Positions 37,556-47,751 of a stretch of DNA of 64,000 nt are shown here, one piece after another; position 1 is the first letter of the stretch; each line of letters opens with the position of its first letter. Below the pieces are notes generated by a model, which searched no databases, was not told the origin of the DNA, and saw only the letters and a list, made by a program, of their open reading frames with translations. Source of the stretch: Candidatus Latescibacterota bacterium (GTDB taxonomy: Bacteria > Latescibacterota > UBA2968 > GCA-2709665); assembly GCA_965226795.1 (NCBI GenBank), contig CBDDDZ010000004.1:384001-448000 (forward strand). Direction: 5' to 3'. A program made the translations under genes and the position numbers.

Positions 37556-38961
37556 CGCCGGATGCGATACTGAAAAAGGTCTGCGATTCGATCGACGTGC
37601 TGATTGAGTCCGGGAAGGCCTATGGCGGTTTGTTTCCCTCTCTGCTGAATCTGGATACCCATCGAATGTTGACGGAACTGCCCCCGCCGATACCGGGGCA
37701 GCGGATGGGTGACCGCGCCTTTCTGGGAAGCAATCTGATGCACGACCAGCACGTGCTCAAGATCATGTATGCGCTGGACCGCAATGGGTATCCGGAAGCG
37801 GCGGACAGGTATCTGCGCCGTTTTGCGACCCATTGTACGGATACGGTTACCGGCCTGTTCCCGTGGGGCGAGCACGCGTACTGGCACCTGGAAGAGAACC
37901 GGGTGGGCGACAGCCACCGGCTGGCCGTTCCCGAAAAGGAGACCGGGACGACGTTACACGACCATCTGCGGCAGGCGCCCGTCTGGTTGTGGGAAAAGCT
38001 GTATGGATTCAACGCCCGGTGTGTCGAGCGATTTGCCGAAGGACTGGATTACCACTACAAGGACGGGGAGCCGCGGGAATATATCCGTCACGCCCACGTC
38101 GAACGCAAAGAGCGTCTCGAGCGCGGGCCGGAGTCTACGGATTTCCCGCGTCACGGGGGGTTTTACATCCTGGACTGGTCGTTCGCCCACGTGAAGACGA
38201 AACGCGAGGATTTTCTGAGACAGATCGGGATCATGCTTGATTACTGGTGGCCGCGACGGGACCGGACCGGTCTGCTGCTGTCCAAGACGAGGTGTCCTCA
38301 AACGTCGGCGCGAATGCACAACGCGAACACCCCGCCGCAGACAGTTTCCCTCGCGGCCAGCCTGCTGGAGGCCGCTGAACTGCTCGACGGAAGTGCAGGA
38401 GGACTGATCGATCGGATGCGGAAGCGTGCCGGAGTGTATATCGGCGGCTTTCTGTCGGCCCCCCACAATCCGGACGCGGGCGTCTTCGTGTCTGCATGCC
38501 GGCGTCAGACGAATGAGGTCTTGAGTACGACGCCCGTCTGGGGAAGCGTATACGGAAATTGGCCGCTGGCTTACGTGGCTCTGATCGCCCTATGCATCTA
38601 TCGGTTGACGAAAGATGAACGGCTGCTGAACTGGGCGGACAATGCCGGACGCTGGTACTTGAAATCCCCGTTCCCGGACGAAGTCTCCATCCCGGCAATG
38701 GATGCCGGGCTTGCGGTGGAGTTGCTGGCGGACCTTTACGATCTGACCGGCGACCCGGATTGGCTGGAACGGGGATTGAAACTGGCCGGGACGCTCATCT
38801 CCATTTACATGGATGGGGATCTCATCCGCGGCGCGGCGGGCGTCTCGTGGTACGAGTCCCAGATGGTTCCGGGGGACCTGCTGCACGGGCTGGCGAGGCT
38901 GGCGTTGCTGGCCCGGCATGGGGATGAATGTCCTTTGAAACCGAACTATACCGCGAAGTGA
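37534..38961 (+). CDS. Hypothetical alpha/alpha-toroid protein
   Basis: Long ORF coupled to neighbours; GLFPWGEH, DFPRHGGFYI, helical repeats (LYDLTGDPDWL). Confidence 0.55.
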   Translation: MDLQEALTPDAILKKVCDSIDVLIESGKAYGGLFPSLLNLDTHRMLTELPPPIPGQRMGDRAFLGSNLMHDQHVLKIMYALDRNGYPEAADRYLRRFATHCTDTVTGLFPWGEHAYWHLEENRVGDSHRLAVPEKETGTTLHDHLRQAPVWLWEKLYGFNARCVERFAEGLDYHYKDGEPREYIRHAHVERKERLERGPESTDFPRHGGFYILDWSFAHVKTKREDFLRQIGIMLDYWWPRRDRTGLLLSKTRCPQTSARMHNANTPPQTVSLAASLLEAAELLDGSAGGLIDRMRKRAGVYIGGFLSAPHNPDAGVFVSACRRQTNEVLSTTPVWGSVYGNWPLAYVALIALCIYRLTKDERLLNWADNAGRWYLKSPFPDEVSIPAMDAGLAVELLADLYDLTGDPDWLERGLKLAGTLISIYMDGDLIRGAAGVSWYESQMVPGDLLHGLARLALLARHGDECPLKPNYTAK

Positions 38962-38969
38962 GGCGCGAA

Positions 38970-40019
38970 GTGAGTGCAAGAACGTTCAAACTGTGGGCGG
39001 GAGGCGATGCGCACGTGGGCACGGACCTGGCGGCGGGCAATCGCCGGAGCCTCGCCGAGGCGATCCTTCAGGCCGAACAGGGCGGCGCCGGAGGGGGGCC
39101 GCCGTTCCGGTGGGACATTATGCTGGATATCGGAGACCTGTCGGGGTCGCAGACGCCGCCGGATGACGATGAAGGGGAAGAAGTCGTTCGACAGTACGGC
39201 GTGTCCACCATTCATCCGAGGGAAGACTTCTACAATATCGTGGGCAACCACGACGCCAGCGGCCCGGAGGAGCCGTGCCAGTGGTGGTTCCGGAAGTGGG
39301 TGGACCCCACGGGTGAAAATACCGGATATTCCAACGTTCACGCCGGCAGGCGGCCGTATCCGATCGAGGGAACCTGGGAGCGGTATTCGTTTCAGGTAGG
39401 GAACATCCTGTTTCTGTCGATGGGAGACCGCAACGACGGCGGGCCTCCGGCGGGCAGGGCCGATAGAGGTGGATTTCCAGCCGGTGCGGTGACCCGGGAA
39501 ACGTTCCAGTGGTGGAAGAAGAAGGTGGAGGAAAACCAGGAAATGATCATCGTGACGGCGCACCACCATATGTTGAAAGACACGACGGTGGCGTCCGGAC
39601 CCTGGGAGGGCGTTGACGGAGGGTATCACGGCCGGTTTGAAGACGGTGCGCCGATTGGCGCGTCATACCTCTATTTCGTCGGGGGAAAACCGGATGCAGG
39701 GGTATTCGAGTCGTACCTGGAGGCGAATCCGGGGGCGATCGACCTCTGGCTCGGAGGCCATACCCATACGAATCCGGACGACACCCACGGCGGGCGAACC
39801 CACGTGGAGCGGAAATGGGACGTGACCTTTGTCAACGTGGCGGCTATCTCGAAATATCACGGAAAAAAGAACATTTCGATGAGCAGGCTGCTGACGTTTT
39901 CCGGAGGGGCAGCGGAGGTCAATATAAAGTGTTATCTCCATATGAGCGACTACGCGCCACAGGGTTGGTACCACAGCGCGGAGCGAACGGCGCGGCTTCG
40001 GACGGCATTCTCATATTGA
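38970..40019 (+). CDS. Calcineurin-like metallophosphoesterase
   Basis: GDAH, GDLS, GNHD, AHHH, GGHTH. Confidence 0.85.
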   Translation: MSARTFKLWAGGDAHVGTDLAAGNRRSLAEAILQAEQGGAGGGPPFRWDIMLDIGDLSGSQTPPDDDEGEEVVRQYGVSTIHPREDFYNIVGNHDASGPEEPCQWWFRKWVDPTGENTGYSNVHAGRRPYPIEGTWERYSFQVGNILFLSMGDRNDGGPPAGRADRGGFPAGAVTRETFQWWKKKVEENQEMIIVTAHHHMLKDTTVASGPWEGVDGGYHGRFEDGAPIGASYLYFVGGKPDAGVFESYLEANPGAIDLWLGGHTHTNPDDTHGGRTHVERKWDVTFVNVAAISKYHGKKNISMSRLLTFSGGAAEVNIKCYLHMSDYAPQGWYHSAERTARLRTAFSY

Positions 40020-40122
40020 ACGGCGTACCGCGCCAGGTTCGGCCGGTGGATGCGCGCCAGTGGCGCTTTGCCGGACCCTTTTTCCCAACAAGGACGGCTG
40101 GTATCGGCAGACGGAGCGAAAG

Positions 40123-41089
40123 ATGAAGACATTCGAGATCGAAGGGCGCGACAAGAAGGGACCGATCCGGCTGAGGATCGAGGTCGATAACCAGTTCGCC
40201 GGAGGGGGCCGCTGGCTTCGGGGCGGCCTGCATTCCCACGTGGCGCAGATGGGCGAGTCCCGCGAAGTTTGCGTGCACTACAGGAACCTGGGGTTCGATT
40301 TTCTTGCGACAACCGACTATCTCAGTATCACGCCAATGCCGGAAGCAACGGAAGCCTTCGTGACCGTGCCTGGAGCAGAGGTTTTCTGCCCCGAAGGGAA
40401 CGATCTGACCCACATTATCTGTCTGGGCCTCACGCACCTGCCCCGGCCGCTGGACGGCACCGTTGAGGATGTCTCCCGCCTGGTTCGGGAAACCCACGCG
40501 CAGGGCGGGCTGACGGTTATGGCCCACCCCGCCTGGAGCGACTACTCATGGGAGAAAGCCTATGCACTGGCGAGATCGGGGCTCGTCGGGCTGGAGGTAA
40601 GCAACCGGCTGACCTGGCAGATCAACGGCAAGGAGTGTTCCGAGGAACTCTGGCAGATGCTCATTAACGCCGGGGTCCGCCTGGCCGCAATCGGCGTGGA
40701 CGATGCGATTGTGCTGGACGATGCGGACGTGACGGGGCGGACCTGGACCGGTGTGCTTGTGCGACGACCGGGGGTCGAGGGAATTCTGGAGGGTATTCGC
40801 GCGCACCGGACGTACGCCAGCGAGGGGCCTGAGATTCACGATATTCCGCATCGAGACACGTGGCGCGGTTGTCGTGGAATGCAGCCCCTGCACGGCGTGT
40901 CACATCCGGTCGAAAGGGTTCGGAGTCCGCAGCGTCCAGGCAGCGGCGCCTTCGAAACGGTTTGAGGTCGATCTTGCCGCGGACGGTTACCGCATGCAGG
41001 ATTGGATATTCGCGTGCGTGGAGGAAGAAAACGGGCGCCGGGCCTGGACCAGCGCGATTCCCGTCCGTGTTGAAAAGACAACCCTGTAA
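40123..41089 (+). pseudogene. PHP-domain (CehA/McbA-like) metallohydrolase with +1 frameshift near 40845
   Basis: GGLHSH, TDY, GAEV, AHP, VDDA, YASEGP; removing one base in gatattccgc joins GPEIHDI to RIETRGAVVVECSP...RRAWTSAI. Confidence 0.7.
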
Positions 41090-41107
41090 TTACTGGAGAG
41101 GGGCAGG

Positions 41108-43123
41108 ATGAAAAGGACCATACGAAGAACGGCGATGCTGCACTTTGAAGAGGCGAGCTTTTCCCGCGACTACGTCAAGTGGGTCGGCGAGGAGGGATTT
41201 ACGGATATCGGACTGGGGTTGAAACCGGAAGACGACAAATTCATCGGACAGGGTTACGTCTGGGAAAAGGTCAGCCAGTTGGCGGAATGGGCCGGGGAAT
41301 TCGGGCTGGGTGTCATCGTGTTTACGGGATACATGAAATACCGCGAGACGTTCCTGCGGACCCATCCCGAACGCAGCCTCGTGTGCATCGGGGGCAGCGG
41401 CACGGCCCTGGACAGCGACAAACTCGTGATGACCAGGTGGTTGTGCCCGTTCCAGCCCGAGAACAAGGCCGAATACGTGGACCTGATTCACAGAGTCATC
41501 CGGCTGTCGTCGCTTCGGGAAATCCATCTCAACGACGAGGCCGAAATCGGGTTCTCGAACGGAGACGTGGGCTGCTATTGCGACCACTGTGTCGCCGAAT
41601 ACGAACGCGATTCCGGCGAGCCGCCGCCCCGGGAGGTCGATTGGGCCTCACCATCCTGGTGGCGGTGGGTGCAGCACCGCATGGAGGCCTGGACCGCCGT
41701 TCACGCCTATTTTCGCGAGGAAATCAAGAAGGTGCGCCCCGACGTGGTCGTGGGCATCCAGCATTCGCCGAAAGTGGTGACCTTCAACGACAACCCCTGG
41801 CTGTCCGGCATCGACCTGTCTCGCGACGCGGAGGCCATGGACGTACTGTGCACCGACCCGTACCACCACATTCACTATTCCCATTTTACCTATCGTCCCA
41901 TGCGCCGCATTCAGGCGGAGGCGACGCGCGCGCTGGCCGGAGCGACCGTCGGGCGTTCCCTGTTCATCTATCCCCAGGGTTTCATGCCGCCGTCCGGAAG
42001 CCTGGAGCTGACGCGCCGGGACGGGTTCATGGCCGGGGCGGTTCCATTCGCGCTGGGCGCGGAGAATATCTCGCCCTATACGTTCGATCTTTGCCAGATT
42101 ATCCCCGGTTACTACGACGGGCTGAAGGAGGCCTCGCGGCTGATTCCCTATTTCGAGAAAACGCGGCCCTACAGCGCCGCCACGGTGATCAAACCTTCCC
42201 AGACGGAAATCTACGGGTATCCCGAAAAACACTGGGGGCGGGAGGTCCTGGCGATTTGGCCGGACGTGATGAACCAGGTCGGGCTGCCCTGGCGATGGGT
42301 TTTCGACCGGCGGCTTCCGGATGCGGACGGGGCGTTGAGCGGCCCGGTGATTCTGCCTGAGACCCACTGCCTCACACGGGAACAGCGCGGCGTACTGGAC
42401 GCGCATGCGGAGGGAGGCAACGGGCTGCTCTGGGTTGGGCGGATGCCGGCCGGGGAGTGGTCCGGCGAAGGCGCGCATCCACCCCCGCCCGGCGACGCGG
42501 CGGGGCTTTCAGAGTTGAAGCCGGTCGTTTCCGATCACCCGGTTCTCGAGGGCATCGACGCGCCCATTATGCTGGGGTCGGCGTTCCTGGAACCCGGTCT
42601 CGAAGGGGAGACGATCGCCGAAGTGGACGGGTGCCCGGCGCTTGTAGCGAGCGAATCCGCCGGTCGACGCGAGATCTGGATGGCGGGTACGCCGCTGTTC
42701 AACTACGTGGAACCCGGCGATCACGGCGCGGTCCGCACCCCCACCGATGGGATGACGCTTCTTCGGAACGCACTGGCCTGGTTGTCCGGAGAAGCTCCCG
42801 CGGCCAGGCTGTGGCCCTATCCTCCCAGGAACGACTATGGAGACCTGCGCCCCTGGGATCGGCGCGACGTGCCGACGATGGAATTGTTTCCTATGTTGGG
42901 AGACGGTTGTCTCGTCTGTCTGATTTTCAACTATCTGGGGTTGGCTTACGAGACCAACCTGGTAATGCGGGTTCCGGAAGGGGCGGCAGCCACGACACTT
43001 GTGGATATATATTCAGGCGAGGATCTGATGGCCTCCGCGGAAGTCGACGGGCAGATCGTGAGGCTGCCGGTGACGATGCCCGGCGACAGGGATTTCATGG
43101 CCGTTGAGCTGCTTTGGGAGTAG
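41108..43123 (+). CDS. Putative glycoside hydrolase, GH42-like TIM barrel + trimerisation-like domain
   Basis: LCPFQP, HLNDE, CYCDHC, TDPY; later VILPETHCL...GLLWVG; no signal peptide. Confidence 0.55.
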   Translation: MKRTIRRTAMLHFEEASFSRDYVKWVGEEGFTDIGLGLKPEDDKFIGQGYVWEKVSQLAEWAGEFGLGVIVFTGYMKYRETFLRTHPERSLVCIGGSGTALDSDKLVMTRWLCPFQPENKAEYVDLIHRVIRLSSLREIHLNDEAEIGFSNGDVGCYCDHCVAEYERDSGEPPPREVDWASPSWWRWVQHRMEAWTAVHAYFREEIKKVRPDVVVGIQHSPKVVTFNDNPWLSGIDLSRDAEAMDVLCTDPYHHIHYSHFTYRPMRRIQAEATRALAGATVGRSLFIYPQGFMPPSGSLELTRRDGFMAGAVPFALGAENISPYTFDLCQIIPGYYDGLKEASRLIPYFEKTRPYSAATVIKPSQTEIYGYPEKHWGREVLAIWPDVMNQVGLPWRWVFDRRLPDADGALSGPVILPETHCLTREQRGVLDAHAEGGNGLLWVGRMPAGEWSGEGAHPPPPGDAAGLSELKPVVSDHPVLEGIDAPIMLGSAFLEPGLEGETIAEVDGCPALVASESAGRREIWMAGTPLFNYVEPGDHGAVRTPTDGMTLLRNALAWLSGEAPAARLWPYPPRNDYGDLRPWDRRDVPTMELFPMLGDGCLVCLIFNYLGLAYETNLVMRVPEGAAATTLVDIYSGEDLMASAEVDGQIVRLPVTMPGDRDFMAVELLWE

Positions 43124-43175
43124 TCGATTCCGGATGGCAACACGAAACCAGCGAACTTACCGGAGGGATCGAACG

Positions 43176-44021
43176 ATGTACGAACGAGCCGACGCGCATA
43201 TTCATCTTTTCGAGGGAGGCTACCAGGACTCCTTTATGAAGCGACTGGGCCGGCCCATCGATGAAGCCGTCGTTTACGCATCGCTGGCCAGGGATCACGG
43301 GGTGACGGCCGCGCTTGTGGTCGGGTATGCCGACGTTCCGTGGGCGGCGGGAAATACCCGCTTTCTCACACAAATGGTGGCCGAATACGACTGGGTGTAT
43401 CCCGCGGCCTATTTCAATCCCGCGGAACCGCCGACAACCGAAGCGTTGGAGCAGTTGCAGGCGAACGGATTCGTGGGTTTGAGCTTTTACATATTCGGGC
43501 GGGAACGCGTGGACGCGCTCCTCGGCATATCGGACGATGTCTGGCGATGGCTGGTTTCCAGGCATTGGCTCATAAGTGTGAATTCAAAGGGCGAGGACTG
43601 GAACGCCTGGCAGGAGGTCCTCCGGCGGCATCCGGATCTGCGCCTCGTCGTGTCCCACCTTGGCCTGCCGCCGAAGGTGGCCGAAGCGCCCGACGGCGCC
43701 GGGGCGACGGCGGCGATGGACAGCGTGCTCGCGCTGGCCGGATTTGCTCAAACGAGGGTTAAGCTGAGTGGATTTTATGCGTTGACCGATCCGGGTCACG
43801 ATTATCCGAACCGGGCGGCCTGGCCGTACGTGGAAGCCCTGCTGGATGCCTACGGCGTTGAGCGGTTGCTCTGGGCGTCGGATTATTCGCCCTGCCTGGA
43901 CTTGCTCACGTTTCCACAGACGTACGACCTGTTCAGGATGATGCCCTTCCTGACGGACGCGGATCGGGAGCGGATCGAAGGGGCCAATCTCCTGACATTG
44001 CTGAGCGAAGTCGAAGGGTAA
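43176..44021 (+). CDS. Amidohydrolase_2 family (sugar-lactonase-like)
   Basis: DAHIH, SHLGLP, VKLSG, RLLWASDYSP. Confidence 0.85.
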   Translation: MYERADAHIHLFEGGYQDSFMKRLGRPIDEAVVYASLARDHGVTAALVVGYADVPWAAGNTRFLTQMVAEYDWVYPAAYFNPAEPPTTEALEQLQANGFVGLSFYIFGRERVDALLGISDDVWRWLVSRHWLISVNSKGEDWNAWQEVLRRHPDLRLVVSHLGLPPKVAEAPDGAGATAAMDSVLALAGFAQTRVKLSGFYALTDPGHDYPNRAAWPYVEALLDAYGVERLLWASDYSPCLDLLTFPQTYDLFRMMPFLTDADRERIEGANLLTLLSEVEG

Positions 44022-44099
44022 GCCGGGTGTCGAATGGTGCGGGGAACAGACGCGGCAGAATCGCGATCGGATTACGTAAGCTGCCGAGGAGGGCTTGCA

Positions 44100-45092
44100 A
44101 TGGAAAAACTGGGCGTTGGGATTGTGGGCATCGGACACGCGGGACGGGAACATTTCATGGCATTCGAGGAGAATCCCCACGCTGCAGTTCGGGCGGTCTG
44201 GGCGCCCAGCCGAAGCAGACTCGACCTTTTTCCGGGTCCGGAAGCTCTGTTTGCCTCGAGCTACGAATCGATGCTGGAATGCGACGATATCGATATCGTT
44301 TCCCTGTGCAGTCCCAACGACGCGCACGCCGAACAGGCGGTGGCGGCGCTCGAAGCCGATAAGCACGTGATCTGCGAGAAACCCCTGGCGACCACGCTGG
44401 AAGACTGCGAGCGGATCGTGCGGACGGCCGATACAAAACCCTCGCTCAAATTCATGGTGGGTCAGAGCGCGCGGTTCAATCCGATTTGCAAGACCATTAA
44501 ACGCCTGTACGACGAGGGAGAACTGGGAGAGGCCTTCTACGCGGAGGCGGACTATCTGCACAACATCGGGAAACGGATCAAGGACTGGTGGGCCGACGAC
44601 AGGAATCCGCACTTCGGACTGATGGGCGGTGGCGTACACCCCATCGATCTCCTGCGATGGATCGTGGGAGATATCGAGGAAGTATTCGCGATGTCCAACC
44701 ATAAGGTGCTCGCCGACTTCCCCCACGACGACGCTTTCCTGATGAATTTCAGGTTTGAGAACGGATGCCTGGGAAAGATGGCCGCGTTTCTGGGATGTCA
44801 GCGGCCCTACCAGTTGAATCTCGCGATTTACGGAACCAGGGGCACCGCGATCAACGACAGGTTGTATCTCAGCAAAGTCGAGGAACTGGAGGATTTTATC
44901 CGGTTGCCGATAACGATTCTCGCCGAGCACCCCACGTTCGCGGAAGAGATGGCGCATTTCGTGGATTGTATTCTGAACGATAAAAATCCGATGATCGACG
45001 TGCGTGACGGCGCTAAATCCGCGGCTACCTGTATCGCCGGAGGGGTATCCATCGAGACCGGCAAGCCAGTTCGCGTGAGAAACGCGTTTTGA
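44100..45092 (+). CDS. Gfo/Idh/MocA family oxidoreductase
   Basis: GIVGIGHAG, HVICEKPLA, GGGVHPID. Confidence 0.9.
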   Translation: MEKLGVGIVGIGHAGREHFMAFEENPHAAVRAVWAPSRSRLDLFPGPEALFASSYESMLECDDIDIVSLCSPNDAHAEQAVAALEADKHVICEKPLATTLEDCERIVRTADTKPSLKFMVGQSARFNPICKTIKRLYDEGELGEAFYAEADYLHNIGKRIKDWWADDRNPHFGLMGGGVHPIDLLRWIVGDIEEVFAMSNHKVLADFPHDDAFLMNFRFENGCLGKMAAFLGCQRPYQLNLAIYGTRGTAINDRLYLSKVEELEDFIRLPITILAEHPTFAEEMAHFVDCILNDKNPMIDVRDGAKSAATCIAGGVSIETGKPVRVRNAF

Positions 45093-45117
45093 ATACCGGT
45101 CAATTCAGGAGGATCCG

Positions 45118-45915
45118 ATGAAGCTTTCGCTGTCCGGTCGACTGATTGAAAAAACGAAACAATCCTATGCGATGACGGTGGAAGAATTCCTGCAACTTAC
45201 CGTGAAAGCGGGCTATCAGGGGGTACATTTGAGGGACGGGCAGATCGATCACCTCTTCAGGGAGGAACGCTTCGATGAACTGGAAGCCCTCTTTGTCGAA
45301 AATGAGCTGGGCTGCAGTATGCTATGGGGACGGCTGGATTCCGCTTCGTTCGACGCGGATCTGACCCGGAAGAAACTGGCGTTCCTGCGGCGGGTCGAAC
45401 TGGATCAACTGATGATCGGATATCCGACGGATATCGAATTGATCCGTGAATGGTGCGACCTGGCGGCGCGGCAGGAAATCACGCTCGTTATCGCGTGCCA
45501 CTACAGCAGCCTGTTTGAGAATATTCTTCGCGCCCGCGACTTCGTAAGGAAGGTTGACCGCCCCAATCTCGGACTGAATATCGATCCATTGAATATTCAC
45601 ATGGCAGAGCAGGATTATGGACTGGCCACCCTGGAACAGGTGAAAGACCTGTTACGGATCGTCAACATACAGGGCGGCGTATTGCACCAGGGCGATCAGA
45701 CCATCCGCCGGTATTACCTTAAGACCACTCCGAAGTTCCGCAGGGTCTACCTGTGCGACGAGGATCATCTGGACATCCCCCGGTTTATATCGGATTTGAA
45801 AACCATCGGTTACCAGGGGTATGTCAACGTCCTTGAACCGTATTCGAAAGACCACGACCTTGTGCGGGTGGCGTCGGAAACGGCGCAATTGCTGCACGGA
45901 TATATCGCCGGTTGA
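45118..45915 (+). CDS. Sugar phosphate isomerase/epimerase (xylose-isomerase-like TIM barrel)
   Basis: AGYQGVHLR, VDRPNLGLNIDPLN, LKTIGYQGYVNVLE; metal ligands look divergent. Confidence 0.7.
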   Translation: MKLSLSGRLIEKTKQSYAMTVEEFLQLTVKAGYQGVHLRDGQIDHLFREERFDELEALFVENELGCSMLWGRLDSASFDADLTRKKLAFLRRVELDQLMIGYPTDIELIREWCDLAARQEITLVIACHYSSLFENILRARDFVRKVDRPNLGLNIDPLNIHMAEQDYGLATLEQVKDLLRIVNIQGGVLHQGDQTIRRYYLKTTPKFRRVYLCDEDHLDIPRFISDLKTIGYQGYVNVLEPYSKDHDLVRVASETAQLLHGYIAG

Positions 45916-46051
45916 TTACAGGCGCCGGCATGCGGATTTCCTCACGAAAGTTTCGTCGACCGCCCGCTTTCTGAAGCGGAAACCCGTTCCTGTCGCCTGA
46001 TCGCGATCTGTGCGCGTCCGATATTTTTTTTCGAACCCGTCTGAAAACCAC

Positions 46052-46079
46052 TTGACAAACCTAATATTTATTATAAATT
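46052..46079 (+). promoter_or_regulatory. Putative sigma70 promoter of the GntR-TBDR cassette
   Basis: Perfect TTGACA (46052-57), TAAATT 16 bp later, within an AT-rich island containing the near-palindrome atttattataaat. Confidence 0.55.
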
Positions 46080-46115
46080 GCTATCATTATGGTAGAAGTG
46101 ACGCGGTCCGTCAAT

Positions 46116-46865
46116 ATGGACGAATTGAAACCGGTCTCCAGGGAGACGCTGGCAGACCAGGTTGTGTTTATTTTAAAACGCTTCGTTCTGGCCGAAAAAC
46201 TGAAAAAAGGCGATAGGCTGCCGCCCGAACGTACCCTGGCAGCCAATCTGGGCGTCAGCTTTCGGGTCGTTCGCGAGGCGCTGGCCGTTCTTGTCGGTGA
46301 AGGCGCCGTTACAAGACAGCAGGGGCGCGGCACATTTGTCAGAACCGTGGACACCAACCCTCTCGAAAACGGCCATCTCGACGTTTTCCCGTCCATCTCC
46401 AACCGCACGGACATTTACGCGCTGCGCATTTCCGTCGAGATGGCGGCCGCCGGCATGGCGGCTGAAAATGCGACGGAAGAAGACCTGGCGCATCTCAAGG
46501 CCATTGCCGACTTCAAGGCGCCGGACCTCGACCAGGGTATGATGGCGTATGAAATTCGCTTTCATCGCGCCCTGTTGCGGGCAGCGCATAGCCCGACGCT
46601 GCTGCAATTCGAACACTTGATTGTCGAGGCCCTGCGACTCAAAGCGTACGACATAGACATCCCTGTTTTTGGCGAGCGACTGCTGGCACAGGATTCCGGA
46701 AGGATTGCCGTCGCCCAGCACCGGGAAATTGTCGACGCGCTCTATGCACGTGATGGCGAGAGGGCAACCGCGATTATGTATAATCAGATGACCAGTGTCC
46801 GCGCGATGATACTTGCTCTGGAGGGAAAAAACGGTCAGCCACGAAATGGAGGTGATCGCCCCTGA
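46116..46865 (+). CDS. GntR/FadR family transcriptional regulator
   Basis: GDRLPPERTLAANLGVS..VREAL..QGRGTFV; FCD domain (FHRAL, HREI). Confidence 0.92.
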   Translation: MDELKPVSRETLADQVVFILKRFVLAEKLKKGDRLPPERTLAANLGVSFRVVREALAVLVGEGAVTRQQGRGTFVRTVDTNPLENGHLDVFPSISNRTDIYALRISVEMAAAGMAAENATEEDLAHLKAIADFKAPDLDQGMMAYEIRFHRALLRAAHSPTLLQFEHLIVEALRLKAYDIDIPVFGERLLAQDSGRIAVAQHREIVDALYARDGERATAIMYNQMTSVRAMILALEGKNGQPRNGGDRP

Positions 46866-46945
46866 GGATTTAAGGTACGTTTTTCAGAAAGGCACCGGGG
46901 GGTCCGGATGTCGCATGGGCATCGGAACAATTAAGGAGGTTGTAT

Positions 46946-47662
46946 ATGCGTAACGGTATGCTGGTATGTATTGCAGCGGCAATTCTGCTGTTCTCGGCAG
47001 GAGCGGTCCATGCCGACGGTATGGGCGGCAGTTGGGGCCTCGGGACGTTCCTGGATTATAACCGGTCGATCTTCAAGCTGAAAGACTGGTACGAAACCGG
47101 CCGTGGCGAGGTCGGGGTCGTGTTCACCTACGTTATGAGCCAGAGGACCAGCGTGGAGATGGAGTTTCACCGGTCCAAATTCGACAATGGAGCACTCGAG
47201 AACCGCCCGTTTACCTGGCCCGTGGACGGGAAGGACTATATGTCCCCCAATGCCGTGAGCGAGATGCGGATCAGCAGCTTCCTCGTGAATGCCGTGGTCA
47301 GGCGTGGAGGCAAGGGAATCCTGGCCAAAGAGAGCTATTCCACGTATGTGACCGTCGGCGCCGGGTTTTACGACTACAAGACGGATGTGCGCGGCCTGAT
47401 CTATCCCGGCCAGCGCGAGGCGCCAATAAACAAGGAGCTGGTGATAGACCCTTTCAGCGATTCGCGCACGGCGCTCGGGGCGAACGTGGGCGTCGGTGTC
47501 GAGGCGTTTGTGTTCGACAACATTTCGCTGGATGTACGCGCGCGATACAATCTCCTGCTTGGCGAGTTGAGGCCTATGGAGGCGTGGGACCTCGACGGCC
47601 AGACCTTTCCCATGCAGTTCCTGAATGCGCGCGGAGGCATCCGGTTTTATTTCAGGAAATAG
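46946..47662 (+). CDS. Outer-membrane beta-barrel protein
   Basis: aaggaggt RBS, signal peptide (AVHA), YVTVGAG, GANVGVGVE, terminal GIRFYF. Confidence 0.75.
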   Translation: MRNGMLVCIAAAILLFSAGAVHADGMGGSWGLGTFLDYNRSIFKLKDWYETGRGEVGVVFTYVMSQRTSVEMEFHRSKFDNGALENRPFTWPVDGKDYMSPNAVSEMRISSFLVNAVVRRGGKGILAKESYSTYVTVGAGFYDYKTDVRGLIYPGQREAPINKELVIDPFSDSRTALGANVGVGVEAFVFDNISLDVRARYNLLLGELRPMEAWDLDGQTFPMQFLNARGGIRFYFRK

Positions 47663-47751
47663 CAATGCAGGCGTAACCGGTAATTGGCAGGCCGTTGGAT
47701 CTCAGTTGGAGAATCTCGCAAGCGAAATGAGTGCTGTGTAAAGGAGGAACC

